From assembly GCF_964355755.1 (NCBI RefSeq), contig NC_092670.1:3710201-3774200 (forward strand): 64,000 nucleotides of DNA, written 5' to 3'. Shown here one piece after another: positions 25,401 to 38,500 of this stretch (positions are counted from its first letter, which is position 1; each line of letters starts with the position of its first letter). Source of the stretch: Antedon mediterranea (lineage: Eukaryota > Animalia > Echinodermata). The notes below the pieces were generated by a model that ran no database searches, was not told the DNA's origin, and worked only from the letters and a program-made list of their open reading frames with translations. Both the position numbers and the translations under genes were made by a program.

Positions 25401-28400
25401 ACTTGCTACAATAATACACTAAGATTTACTAGAAATTATAATTTACTTTTTCTTGCTATTTTGATGTTTTGCTGTAAATCTCAAATTCAAATAATATGAA
25501 ACTACTCAATTCTTAGCACAAATATTACAAATTGTATTACATTTTGGTGAAACTTTGAAATAAATTCCTAAATTGGTCATTAACATAAAATGTATTTCAC
25601 ATGAATGCCAACGAATGGTTTTTATGGACGATGTCATTAGCATTAAACAAGCCATTGACATGATTTGCATAGTTTACAATCAATTCAGATTTCTCTCATT
25701 CTCCAATAAATGTACGATACAATGTACTGTATGATACGGCCACTCCTGGCCATGTGACTTTAAGACTTATGGCTTGGTTCCAAGTAATAATAATAATAAT
25801 ACTCTTACGTTAGCATGTTACAAATGATGTACTTTGGCAATACATGTATATAAAAATGTGAATGAAATTATACAGAAATTCATAATCATATTTGGTTATT
25901 AAAAATGATGTAAGGTGGTACAATATGCCATTAATTAAGGATGTATTGTCCCCCAAAACATGAAAAATGAAGATTAATTAAATCAGACTTTGAATAGATT
26001 TTCAGAGAGACAATATATAATAAATGGGTGTGAATGGAAATAAAGTAAAAAAATGTACACAGCAAAAATTTACTTCAAGGACGACGCGTTGTTTTCATAG
26101 TATTTAATTCCGTCTGAGATATACATTGTTAATAAATGTCATTTATAATTACACCGATTCATCAACTTATTATATCATTTAGATTAACTATTGTTTGGAA
26201 TTCTTCTTTGATATCAAATGATGCATTATTATATTCATTATTCGTCTCAATTAAAGATGGCTTCCGAAAGCCAAACATTAGAAACACTCTCTTTAAAGAA
26301 ACACGTTCTCTAACATGAGGAGAAAATATGTATAACATTAACAGAACACTATCACTAACCCTTATTCAGGAGACACCTTCATCAAGCGCCGCGGACACTT
26401 TGTCCAGAAGGACATCGAATGGGTAACAATATAGTTTTATAGATATCCTATGGTTCTACAGGCCGTATTCACCAATCACACTTAAGTGAGATATTTTCCT
26501 TAAATATTTAAGTATTTCATTTAAATAAATAAAAATTTTTAAATACTGTACTTAAAAGTATTTCCCTTAAATTGTATTCACTTAGATAAATTTAAAGATT
26601 TTTATAATTATAATGGTGTGTTTTTCCCTTAACTAAAGCTTGGTTCCGACCAGAACGTAACGCAAGGACGTAAACACAACGCAAGCGTTTTAACCAATGA
26701 CAAGCGAAATTATAGACGGTTAGCAATCACAAGCGAATAAGCCATCGCTTGTGATTGGTCAATTCACTTGCGTTGCGTTACGTCCTTGTGTTGCGTCGCT
26801 AGTGGGAACCACGCTTAAGTGTAAATGGTAAATATTGCCACTGGATCTGTGTTTATATCAATTCATATTAACCTCAGGTGGCCAATAATAACTGTTTCAT
26901 TACAATGCCATCCAGTTTCATTTTTCACTGCATAATGACATGTAATTATTGTATTGATCAATTATTAATACTGTATTTATCTCACCACATGTTATCTTGT
27001 TTTTCTTGATATCAATGTAGCCTTGAAACTATTATTGTTTGTAAACCAAATGACAAGGTATCTCTTTTGTAACCATGGTAACAAACTAATTAACATATGT
27101 ATTATAATACTATTTATCCGTCCTTACTGATACCATGGAGGTTTTTATACCTCCATGCTGATACATACTTCAAAGCATGGAGGTAGTTACCATATTGTAA
27201 TGCATTATACTATAAAGCAAGGTTTCATAACTTTGTGGCCTAAAGGCTTTTTATTTATTTATGATACATACTGTATACAGTACAGTACAATACGTTACTA
27301 CAGCGGCAAAGCCCTTTGCGTTTACTAAGGTTCAATTTAAATGTTTATCTTCATAACACTGACAGACAAATTGATTTTTTAGCTATAAGAAAAAACCTAA
27401 TATATAATATTGACTAGAGCTAGGATCAGAACTAAGGACCGTGGGATAAATAAAGCAATCACGATAACAACAACCACATAAGTGGAGCTGCGGTTAGTGG
27501 TTAGCATGCTTGCCTTGTTTCAATCCCAAGTCCAGGGTTTAATCCTGACCAAGTGCCAGAGTTTAATCCTCACCTAGTGCCTAGGTTGTAACTCACAACT
27601 GTTTCAACTAAAACATTACAGACTTTTAATTGCAGAGATTTTGTATTACTTGCAGGAAGACACTCTTTAGTTTATAACATGTTTTTTTTTATAGAATTTA
27701 CAATTTTGGCTATATAAGCTATAAAACTTTTCTCAAGGTCCAAGTGACAACAAAGTTAGCTTATTATACATTAAGCTGATGGGATTAGAGTCTGTACATT
27801 CATGACAGTGGCCTAAATAAATGGGTCAAGTTCAAATGACCTACATAAATGGAAACAAGGTTTAAATCCATTTTGTACAAGCTTAGCAAGCTGGCAAGAT
27901 TCACTGGCATGTTTGAATAATGAAAACTGGAGTTGTGGTCAAACTAACCTATAGTAACGTTCCGCAAACTTTTATTTCGCGACCTAAAATATGGTCCGTG
28001 GGACCAAACCATGGCCCAACTACCCAGCTAGATCAACATAATTTAAAGGCATTTAATTTAAAATACTCCAGCACATAAGCCCAACCATGGTTGGAAATCT
28101 TAGGAATAGGCATTGTATTGGAGGGTAAGCATTACGATGATGATCCACCAAAATTCAGCGCAGTCCAGGGTTTCCCTTTATAACGCACATAACGCATGTC
28201 AACGCATCACGTCACAGTTCACACAAGATTTTACATTATATCGCGACTAAAACTTTTAATTGCGTTTGGTATATTTATGATCATCGGCAAGATCAAACCA
28301 CATAACCATAGCACGGAACGTCAAACCAACCAACGTCCAAATGTACGACTGTGCAACTTTAATCTGAAACCACAAGTTTTAATTATAAATGTGCATCCTG

Positions 28401-29814
28401 TATCCTGGTCTGTCTGATATTCAAGGATTCTTTTAATTAATAATTAGTATTATCATTGATCAAGGGTTTAAATAAGGTACTACAGTAAGTAACAAGGTCA
28501 ATTTACAGATCACTAAATTGGTACTTCAAATAATTTAACTACTGTATTTACACACTAGGAAGTAGACACTTACTTCATTAGAAAAGATCACATTCATTTT
28601 GATTCACTTTAACTCTATTTTGTGTCTTTTATGTGTAAACTGACTTTGGGGTTGGGTCAACCAGCTCAGCTACAGTAATTAAGTTCACTTAGGTTGACCC
28701 TGTTCTCCCCAATTTCATTTTTTTGTTGTTATTACGGTATGTATATACTGAAATAGACCGAATAAAAAATGAATGAATGAAGTACTAATACTGCAACTTT
28801 TCCTAAGCAGTTCCCATACTTCCATATAATGTTTATACTGCATATTATTAGTTTTATTTTCTGTACAGTAGTTAAACATTTTCAAGGAAAAATACTTGAT
28901 ACCCGACATTTTACATTAGGAGGAAATTGGACATTAATAACCACATGAGTCAATAACCTCCTGGACAATAATCAACCATAATGGATCGCACCATTTTTAG
29001 AGTGGGGAGGACATTTTTGGATGTGCTTTTGCTTTTTTTATTACCTTCTGCGCATTGCAATAATGTATGATGTAAAGGGTGGCGCATGGCAATAATGTAA
29101 GGTGTAGCGGGTGGCGCATGGAAATAATGTAAGGTGTAGCGGGTGGCGCATGGCAATAATGTATGGTGTAGCGGGTGGCGCATGGCAATGCATGATCACA
29201 GGTGGTTGCAATGGTGTTTATATTTGGCACATGTCACCCACATTTCAGAAATTACGAATGAAGCCACCCATTCAGTTGTCGCCGAATATTTATCTGTAAA
29301 TAGTTACTTAGGCAGCTAACTCAACACATGAACCTCATCCCATAACACACACCCCTCATCATGAGAAGTTACACACAACCTATCATCACATTTACCTACC
29401 TTCAGCCTGCACTATCCCACCCCGCAGTATGTGCAGAATCGCCGTTCGCCACTTCTTTGCAATCTGTAGGTTTTGATCAAATGTTTCATACTTATTGACC
29501 CTAAACACAACCACTTGTCTCTGCCGCACATCGTTGTAACGTGGATAGTAATATAAACAAAAGAAAGCTACATTAATTTCTTCATTTTTTGGTCGTTTCT
29601 TGTTCAGTGAAACACGATCTCGTTCTTCGAAACAGTGACACCCAACCACATCCACAAAATCAATAACGACCTGTTTATCGCTGCCGTTAGTTCCGGTTTT
29701 TTTACAATATTCGATTCGGTTTTGGTAAAGAAAGACGTCGTAATTCATACATTTTCCTGGGTAAATAGAAAATTCGTCATTTAAAATAGTATTTACAGAT
29801 ATATTAGGAGCCAT
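19416..29814 (-). CDS. SPHK: Sphingosine kinase (5 exons: 29400-29814, 23346-23495, 23092-23186, 20838-20953, 19416-20421)
   Basis: The spliced protein has the SPHK conserved blocks MLVFVNPFSG (C1), IVIISGDGLVYEVLNGL (C2), PIGIVPGGSGNAL (C3), PMDLV..SFLCISWAMISDIDIESERLRSWGPIRF (C4) and GILTIDGE (C5). It also has an N-terminal extension and a Ser/Pro-rich central insert. Phases are consistent. Confidence 0.95.
20573..20725. mobile_element. MITE (TIR AGC..TGTCTACACTATCAAACT), PIF/Harbinger-like
   Basis: Inverted termini tgtctacactatcaaact / agttcgatagtgtagaca with TTA/TAA flanks. Second copy at 33456-33578. Confidence 0.75.
21790..21860 (-). mobile_element. tRNA-like SINE head adjoining the 79-bp array
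   Basis: Minus strand GCATGGTGGTCTAGAGGT...GGTCGTGGGTTCAAGTTCCACCCGA (A/B-box-like). Confidence 0.55.
21845..22397. repeat. Tandem repeat, 7 x 79 bp, nearly identical units
   Basis: Unit TAGACCACCATGCTTGAGCTGATGGCTAGGGGTTAGATTTGAGCCTAAAAGCAGCGGGTACTGCACCAACAGGAATGTA starts at 21845, 21924, 22003, 22082, 22161, 22240 and 22319. No spacers. Confidence 0.97.
22808..22922. repeat. ~36-bp tandem repeat x3, plus a partial unit near 23026-23058
   Basis: Repeated gggcttataactgggact..gagt..actacaatct. Confidence 0.8.
26637..26815. mobile_element. MITE with TAA target duplication (PIF/Harbinger/Tourist-like)
   Basis: TIRs AGCTTGGTTCCGACCAGAACGTAACGCAAGGACGTAA / TTACGTCCTTGTGTTGCGTCGCTAGTGGGAACCACGCT, with TAA on both sides. 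A fragment of the same family lies at positions 1-30. Confidence 0.85.
29050..29189. repeat. 32-bp minisatellite, ~4.4 copies
   Basis: GGCGCATGG recurs at 29081, 29113, 29145 and 29177, with AATAATGTAAGGTGTAGCGGGT between. Confidence 0.9.
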
Positions 29815-30689
29815 AATAGATCGTACAATTGTTGTTTTCTGTGTAGTGTACTCTATATGCCTCACATGTTGCTACTGATGTGGTTTTTTGTTGTTGTTCG
29901 TCGAGCGTCCTCTCGAAAAGGGGGCGTGATCAAAGGTTCAAAATAGAGGGCGGCATACAACAACATTAAATATCTATCTTTCGTTCGAATTTAAACAAAA
30001 TTCTTTTAATGTCGATAATAAAGCATTTGAAAATTACGCCCTCTCCAAATAAACTTTAAAAGACACTTTATCATAATTAATAAATCTCCATTGCATTATT
30101 GAAGAATTGTGGAAAAACGTGTGGGCCTACGACTTTTAAATTGTGAGGAAGTTTGTGTAGGGCCTACTTATGATAGCTGTTACTGACAATATATATATAT
30201 ACAGTATATATTAAATACAATACTGTAATAGACTTGTTAAATCTTTAAATTTTAAATTAACATCACTGTGAATTAAATCCGACCTCACATGCTATGTGAC
30301 GCCATATTTCAATTTTTACCGAGCACCTCACCTAGCCTAGATTGACATTATGCCCTTTAGAAAAAAGAGTATTCTCGAATATCGAATGTTATCACTGCCT
30401 TAGTAGTTCATGTAGTGCTTAAAAATGTTTTTAAAATTAAAATTACCAACCTTCTCTTTAAAAACATACAATAAATAGATTTGATAGATCATTTAAAAAA
30501 AAAAATGTAATTGATCCAGTGGAAGATGAAATATCCCTCTTTTTTTGTGATATTTTGTTTTGTGAAAGCTAAGTTAGAATAAAATATCCGTAAAACAATA
30601 TATATAGTATTCGAGTTGAGAAACTGGAGCAACTTTATGTCACTATTGACGTTCCATATTACAACGCCCACTTTTGATTCTCAAACTAT

Positions 30690-30795
30690 TAGCCAATCAT
30701 CTGCAATGATTTATGATTGGCAGTTGACGCAACCGGGAAAACCCAGAGAAGTTGCGGTTGTTTTGTTGACATGACATCAAACCTCCACGCACTGT
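30690..30795 (+). promoter_or_regulatory. Probable promoter and first non-coding exon of the WD40 gene, divergent from SPHK
   Basis: CCAAT and ATTGG boxes at ~30692-30720, a locally CpG-richer patch, and donor CACT|GTAAGT near 30793. Further candidate UTR exons at ~31197-31467 and 32417-32545. Confidence 0.45.
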
Positions 30796-31471
30796 AAGTG
30801 TACGTACATAAACGTAATTTTATGTTCAAAATCGCTACATAATATAAAATATTGTTAATAATCACGCATCTTTGCATAACTTTACATAATAATTGGTCGA
30901 TAGAAATATAATTTTCGCCGAGAAAATAAATAATTAAGAAATAATAAAGTCAGGCCTAGCTAGCCTAGTCCTTTGGCTGAAGTGAAAGGGATATAGCACC
31001 ATGCAGTGGGGATGGAGGGTGGGCTGAGGCCATTCTTCCTTGGTCATCAATTAAGGATGGCTTTTTATAGCCTGGGATGGGCTAACGTTCTGAGTATCAA
31101 TGTGTATTAAAGCATTTTTCCTTTCACATACTAATATATTTTAACTTTAATAATATTAATTAATAATATTAATAATAACTTTTATTTTATTTTTAGTGGA
31201 TCCAAGTGTTGGGCTCACCAACTTCTGTTGGAAGTAAACTGGTACATTGTCTTGCGATGGAAAGTATTTTATTGCAACAGAGACTAGGCCTAATGATTAA
31301 AAAAATGAGTAGGTCTATACTTTTGGACAGGATACAATATCGTATAGGTTTCAGAAGGCTTATTGGATCGTCTGTTTTGAACTCTTCAACTCGCTGTTTT
31401 TATCCGAGCAGTCTTTTGTGAGCAGTTTGAATTAGGGCTTGCGAGTGACGGTGAGTCGGTACGCCTTGTGA

Positions 31472-32065
31472 GTATTTGTTTGTTTGTTTTATTAGTTTCT
31501 CCACACATTTTAAAATAAAAGATAAAAATTACAAATTGCAAAAAAAGAAAAACATCAAAAATGTGCGGATGGAGGTCAAAATAAGTTGCGGACAACTTTA
31601 AGTCGTGACCACAAGTAAAAAAAAAAAAAAATGAAGGTATACAATAGCAGTCCGGCTTACATAAAAAATACAGAAGCTTAAATTGCTAAGACAATAGTAC
31701 AATTACAAGATGAACAATATGATAAGGTATTCAATTCAATTAAGCGAAGAAGAAAGGAAACAAGAAGAACAAGAACAGGAGATTTAGCTGCCATATGCTG
31801 CGACCAAAGACTTTTTTAGGTTAGATTTGAACAAAGGTAGATTAGGAAGAGATTTTAATGAAATACTTAATAAATTCCATAGTTTTGGACCATTATAAAA
31901 AATTGATTTTCTTCTTAAATGAAATATTTGTTTTAGCAAATCTTGTATTGTAATTGTGAATATCAGGTTGTTGTTTAGGAAATAAAGAAATAATATGATT
32001 TGGTAAAGAGTGATTTTTTAGACGATACATAAAAATATAAGTTTGTAATTTGGGTAAATCAAATA
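31472..32065 (-). mobile_element. 5'-truncated LINE (CR1/L2-type): ORF2 C-terminus, 3'UTR and (AAAC)n tail
   Basis: Minus-strand translation IFMYRLKNHSLPNHIISLF..DIHNYNTRF /frameshift/ KSIFYNGPKLWNLL..LFKSNLKKSL..* has the typical HxYxTR, F-Y-x-G-P-K-L-W-N and FKxxLK motifs. AATAAA followed by AAAC repeats near 31475-31495. Confidence 0.8.
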
Positions 32066-32530
32066 CCATGTAGTGGGGGGGGGGGGGGTAGTGAATTATT
32101 CATCCCTCCATTACACCCGGCATGTACCCACCTGTAATAATAGGGTTATAATTCTTAAGGTCCCATACACCCGCTTCATAATTTTCATTTGTTAGTTTAT
32201 TATGATAGGTGGGTTTACTTGTGTTACTACTTGCACAGTGTTCTAGCACCCCTAAACCAAACACAACTATGTAAACACCTTAAACTGATTGAATCAACAC
32301 TCCCAACAAAACCGGCGTACAAATTGATAACACAGATAATTCAATACAAGATATGTTTTCAATTATTTTGCAATGTAACGCTGCATTCTCATTGATCTAC
32401 TTGTCTTGATCTTTAGGGTTTTGGCTGTTATGAGTGGGACATGCAGTCAGTTTACTTCTAGGCAGATGGATTAGATGAAATATATAATAAGATGTTAAAT
32501 TTGGTTGGCAGCAGCAGCTTGTAAACTCAC

Positions 32531-35500
32531 ATGCCAGACCAACAAGTAAGTAGCTTAAATGTACCTTATCAAATTAGATAAAAATGTATTGTACACTTTT
32601 GACAGTAGTTATGGCGTGTTTAAAAGATAAACAATGTATGCAGTTCTATCCTGGAATCATACATGGTGGTTGCCTTCCTAAATACTCCGCTAAAGTCTAG
32701 CAAAGAGGCCAATCTGTAGACTAGAAAACACATACTTATAATGACTAGGGTGAGACTTTAACTTTTATTCATTTACTGTATTTAAAAAACTTTGTTTTAT
32801 TTTCTGTTACTATATTTGTATTTGTTTTTAAATGTTATATGGCCTCATGGAAGAACATTTTCTGGTGGAAGAATTATTATTATTACAAAAATAATAAAGA
32901 TATATTATTATAAATGAAAGTAATACAGCTATTACAGTTTTATTTTTATATATTACAGATGTAGAAAAGGAAAGTACACCATAGATATTTTAATAATTAA
33001 TAACACCTGGGACTATAATTTAATAATTGATTGATTGATTGAAATTTATATTTATACTGGGTAACCTCTTCAGTCAAAGACTGGTCTCCCAGAGGGCCCA
33101 GTTGGTGATCAGTGGCTGTGATGTACTAATACACCGGGGTAACCCCCTACTCGTCTCGAAAGATGTACTAGGTTCTTTTAAAGTGCACACGAGCTAGATG
33201 TGTACACTGGACCTACGGTTTATAGTCCTTATCCGAGAAGACTTGTTCTACCACCAGAACCATGGAGTGAGTGAGCCTCGAACCCGTGCCGATATTATGG
33301 CTACGTAATTACGGTTCCACTGTCTTAACCGCTCGGCCACTCACTCACCCTAATAATACAGTTATTTAATACAATTGTTGTTTTTATTTCAGTTCACTAT
33401 GACTAAAGATGGTGTGAGGCAGAAACCAAAGAGGTAATAGATTCTACAAACCTAAAGCCTACACTATCAAACTTTATGTGACAACATATGTGATGTGCCC
33501 ATATATGGACATGATTATGTCATCACTACCATATTTGGGCACATCACACATTTGTTGTAAAACTAGTTTGACAGAGCTTTAGGTTTTAGTTTTACTATTT
33601 TTTCTTTTAGGAAACATTGTAGTAATAACGTTTGATTTTATTATGATAAAAACAAAAGTATTTATATTATACTCATTGATGCAATATCCAATACAATTAC
33701 TGTACTCATCGGTGAAATACATTATAATTACAAATAGTTTGATTATAATTTAATGATTACAACTACTTTATGATCTAAAACTGTACATTGAAATGTACAT
33801 AGAAATAATAAAGTTAAATTCCAAATCTTAAAAAGCTTTACAATCAATCAATTTAATAGTAAAATTTTTGAAAAGTTCTATGATCTAACAAAATTTAAGT
33901 TGAAAATGTCAGACATTAAAAATGTTCAATTCCACTCTAAATCATTCTAGTATTATAATTGTTAAAAAGTTCATATATAAAGGTGTTTATTATACTTATA
34001 GTTAATCCAATGTAGAAATGGACAGCTATACACAATCACATAAATTAATTATATATATAAGTTGGTTGGATACCCATAAAGATGTAACATCTCTCTGTTG
34101 TTGTTAACACATAGAGTACAAAGAGTCTTACAAAGTCATTGATAAGTCAGATTAGACAGGTACTGACAAAAGAAACCATTAAAATACAATGGGGAGTAGG
34201 ATCACATGGCCAATCAATACACAAGAAAAGAGTTGTTTTCGACCCCTAGGCAGGTTTTATAAGTTATTGTGATAGGGGAAGAACCTGATTCTAAAGGGTC
34301 GTGAGGAGATATTAAATGTACGAAGGGCCTAGATTTGGACAAATTAACAAAGGTTAACCAAGATTATGGAATTATACTTTAACTAATACAGACAAATATT
34401 TATTGTTAAAGGTAACTTTATTTCTATTATATACAAACTTTTCTTCTATATCTACTTTTTCATTTGTTATTTTACTAAAGAATGTTTTGGCTAACTAATT
34501 GATACAGTACTCAGTCTTTACTTTCCTGAATGTTCAGATAGCATACTTTTGAGTAGCACTTTCTACTCTACAAAATTCTAGAAAACTTTCACAACAAATT
34601 TCAGTCTTGATACAGAAGTAGAGTAGTTGCTATGTGCAACTTCTAGTCTATATTATTGTAATGCTTAAAAAATATTCCAATTTAGTGCTACTACCTAAAT
34701 ATAATCAATCATTTATCTGACAATTGTCATTTATTATGACATCACATCTCAAGTACAGAGTTCAGAATTCTATTTGTTGCAAACACACTATCAAAGATAA
34801 TAGTGATGGATCGGTTATAATTTACTATGAAAATCTCTTAAGATGGAGTCAAAAGAAAACATAATAGTTGTCATGGAAACATTTAATTAACTACCCGAGT
34901 ATATTATTTGCTATTGAAATAGGTAGAAGGGTTGTCATGGAAACCTTTAATTTGAAATGGTTATCAACAAAAATTTTAATTGGCTCTTCAAGTGATAGTA
35001 ATGAGGTACTTTAGAAGAATTGGATCATTTAATGTGTTTATGATACTTTAATATTGCTCTATATCAATTACATCATGCAATTGTGTTTCCTTTTTGATGT
35101 ATCATTTTAGCATCATCATTATTAAATTGAGATTCTTGTACCATTTTTATTCTGAGCAGTTTGTCATAAACGCATAAATTACTAGGGTTCTAGATTACTA
35201 GATTATTCTTAATAATAATAATACCAGTAATAATTATCAATTTATCATCATAATTATAAAAAACATTTTTTTAAACTCAACAGCATATCATTAACACAAA
35301 TTACTAGGGTATAATTCACAGAATAATAAGGCCTATCAACTTATCATCATCATTATCTTTATTAAACCGCGCTCTTTGTAACATTTATATTACCTAAATA
35401 TAGTGCGTCATTAACAAGTTTAATAGAAGTCATTTAGTAGCTCGTTAACATGCTGTATTGATTTTGATAATGAATGCTCATACTTGACGTGAAGGAGTTT

Positions 35501-38500
35501 CTAAGGAAATTGCAGTTATAAATCACTGAAATCAATTTAATATGCTTCAAATGTTGCACACAAAACATTATTTTAATTGCTGCTTTAATTAAAAACCAAA
35601 GTGATCCAGTAGGAACAACTCCTTACTATTCAATATACCATTGCCAACAATGATTGAATTAAAAAAAATTAATGTTTAATAACAATCAAATGAAAGATAA
35701 ATATAAAATTTTTTTTTAGAAAAAAGATAAAAAAAAGAACTGAATTGTAGTAGGAATGAGAAAAAAAATTGTTTGCTTCAAGTGAAGATAGTCATTGAGT
35801 TCATCTGCTCAAAGCGTTTTATAGATTGATATCTCTTCTAAGTAATTGATGTGCTTATGCGCAAGGCAATCTAACCACTTGTTGAATATAGGGCAGGGCA
35901 CGTACAAATGAACCAATCCATCATACTCACTATATCATATTTTTGCATATGATTTACTTATATCAAACTACAATATAGTAGATCTCTGATTAATGAATAC
36001 TTATTATGTTTGTTTCTGTTCATCTCCATGGTAATACTTTGATACAAACAATACTATCCATAAAATTATTGAAATTATTGAATTCAGTGGGTGTGTTAAT
36101 ATTTACTTACGGTACTTATATTATTTTGTAAACATTGGCAAGAATTGCCAGAAGCGCATTTAAACGATTTCCTAATGAAAGTCTATCTACAGGGTGAGTG
36201 ATGTCAAACAGGATTTGGACCCAGGAACCGTTGGATTGGAAAGTCATAAACACCAAGACCCCAAACCACTTTCTTGTTCTACAGAATAATACAAGCCATA
36301 GGCATTTGAACAATTTAAAGATGTCTTAAACAAGACAATTGTTATAGCATTAATTCACAGTTCTTTAAATGTTTGTGCTCAAAGGGAAAATAATAAAAAA
36401 AAAAAAATGTGGTGGAAAGGACATAGTTTACCCGATTCCTTTCCAGCGCCATTTCTAATCTAAATCCATAAGTTTGTGATTGTCGCCAGCTAATAGAATT
36501 CATATTTGATTGGCACATACATTAAGATAACAGTAGAGTCACTTAACCATTGCTTAACCTTCAATGTTCCATTTTATCTACAATTTATCTTTAACTTGTC
36601 GATAATTAAACCATTTTATTTTGAATCATACGATAATTATTGATTTTCTTGAATAAGTGGTAGCATTGTAATATGGATTTATAATTATTAAATTCACGTA
36701 CTGTTACAACTGTGAGGCTGTTTTACTGTTTTGTTGATATTAATAATCAAATAATATTTTTAATTGGATGCTTGGCTGAATTTTAGTTGCTTGAATTTAG
36801 TGACATTTGACTTGGAATTAGCAGTTGGTCTGTACATGGTGCTAAACATAGAAATTGACTTCATTTTTAGGATATGATCTTGTCATAAAAAACTAACCTA
36901 ACTAAATCATCTACGCAGTATATAAGGTTTGGAGCATTTCCTCCACTGGTTGGAGTGACTATTACTACTACTAGAGTTCATTGTACAATGTGGCATTCCA
37001 TAGTTGTTAACCATTAGTTTACAACTAATTAGTTGGTTTGTTTAGTGGAGATAAGAATTTTCGAATGCAAACTCTGTGACGTAAATGGAATTGGTATATC
37101 ATTTTCCTAACGATTTAGTATAGATATTGACATACGTTACAGTGGTGACAGTATCTCAATGGAATATATGCATTGAGATAAAAACTATATTGAAAGACAA
37201 AACTGTTAATTCTTTAGGATAAAAAAGGCAACAAATGCAACCTATATCAAATATAAGCTATTATCATTATCCTTGTGCAAAAGCTGTATAAACTTCAACA
37301 AAGTATCTGTTTTACACATGAATGGCCACCAAATGAACAATATGCAACAGTTTATATTGGATAGCAGAAATTTCAGTTGCCATGGAAACTGTATACTATG
37401 AATAATGGAAAGCGTGTATCAGGTAATACCTGTTTGACGATTGCTATTCATGAGCTAGTGAGCTGTTTATCACCGTTGTAATTAGATTCTGTAATGAAGG
37501 ATTATTTTGTTACTCAACTGATAGTGATCCTGAATACTGTTTCATTTGCTACAAGAGCTATATAAGTATGTGAAGTGCTCAGATTCTCTTTGGAGACTGA
37601 ATAAACTGGAAGCTTACTGTATTTGAAAGAAAAGAGGAACTTGGTGGTTTACTTCTGATTATCTAGATTTTACAGAGATTTAATAATATTGATTTTTAAT
37701 AATCTTCTTTTTATTCACCAATTTATGATCTATTTATGATGCATTTTGGATTGTGGAGGAACTTACTAACAGGGGAAATTATTTGGAAACGGATAGAGTA
37801 TGAAAGTTCTTGAATCATAGTGAAATACTATCAAAGATGAAACTGCTTATCATGGATAGTTAGATAGAACAAGAGATACAATTTGGTGGAAATGGTGATG
37901 AACAATTCCTGCCTTTACCTTGGATACTATCTTACTATTACTATGTACAATAGTTTGAAAACAAATTCTGAATTTTCTGACAAGTTAATGATGTTAAAAC
38001 TACAAAGAACGGAATCGTACTTTTTAAATTTTGAGTAGAATGATACTTTGTGTATACTGAGTCTTAAATAAATGCACCTACAATCAAGAATTATGAATAG
38101 ATATCAAAGTTTTAGTTCTGATTCAGACTCAGATAGCATTGACTCTTTTGTGTAAGTACATGATTGTATTGTGTTTCCTCGGTTTATTACTGTAGAACAG
38201 GAAATGTTATGTTTACAAGCTTAGTTGGAATTTTTATTATTATTTACATATTACTACATGTAGGTACCCCATATTATACATTATAATGCTATCATTTTTT
38301 CCTAAAAAATAGAACCCTTATTAAGGGGACACCTTAGGAAACCATCAAAGTGGCCCATATATCTACTGGTGAAACACAATATATTTCTTCCCCTTTTCAT
38401 TTCATAGGAAAGTCTCCCCTGAATAGGGAGTATCCCAAATGAGGAGCACTACTGTGTTTCTATTTAATGTAATCTCTACTGTTTGGAAATCAGTAGGCCT

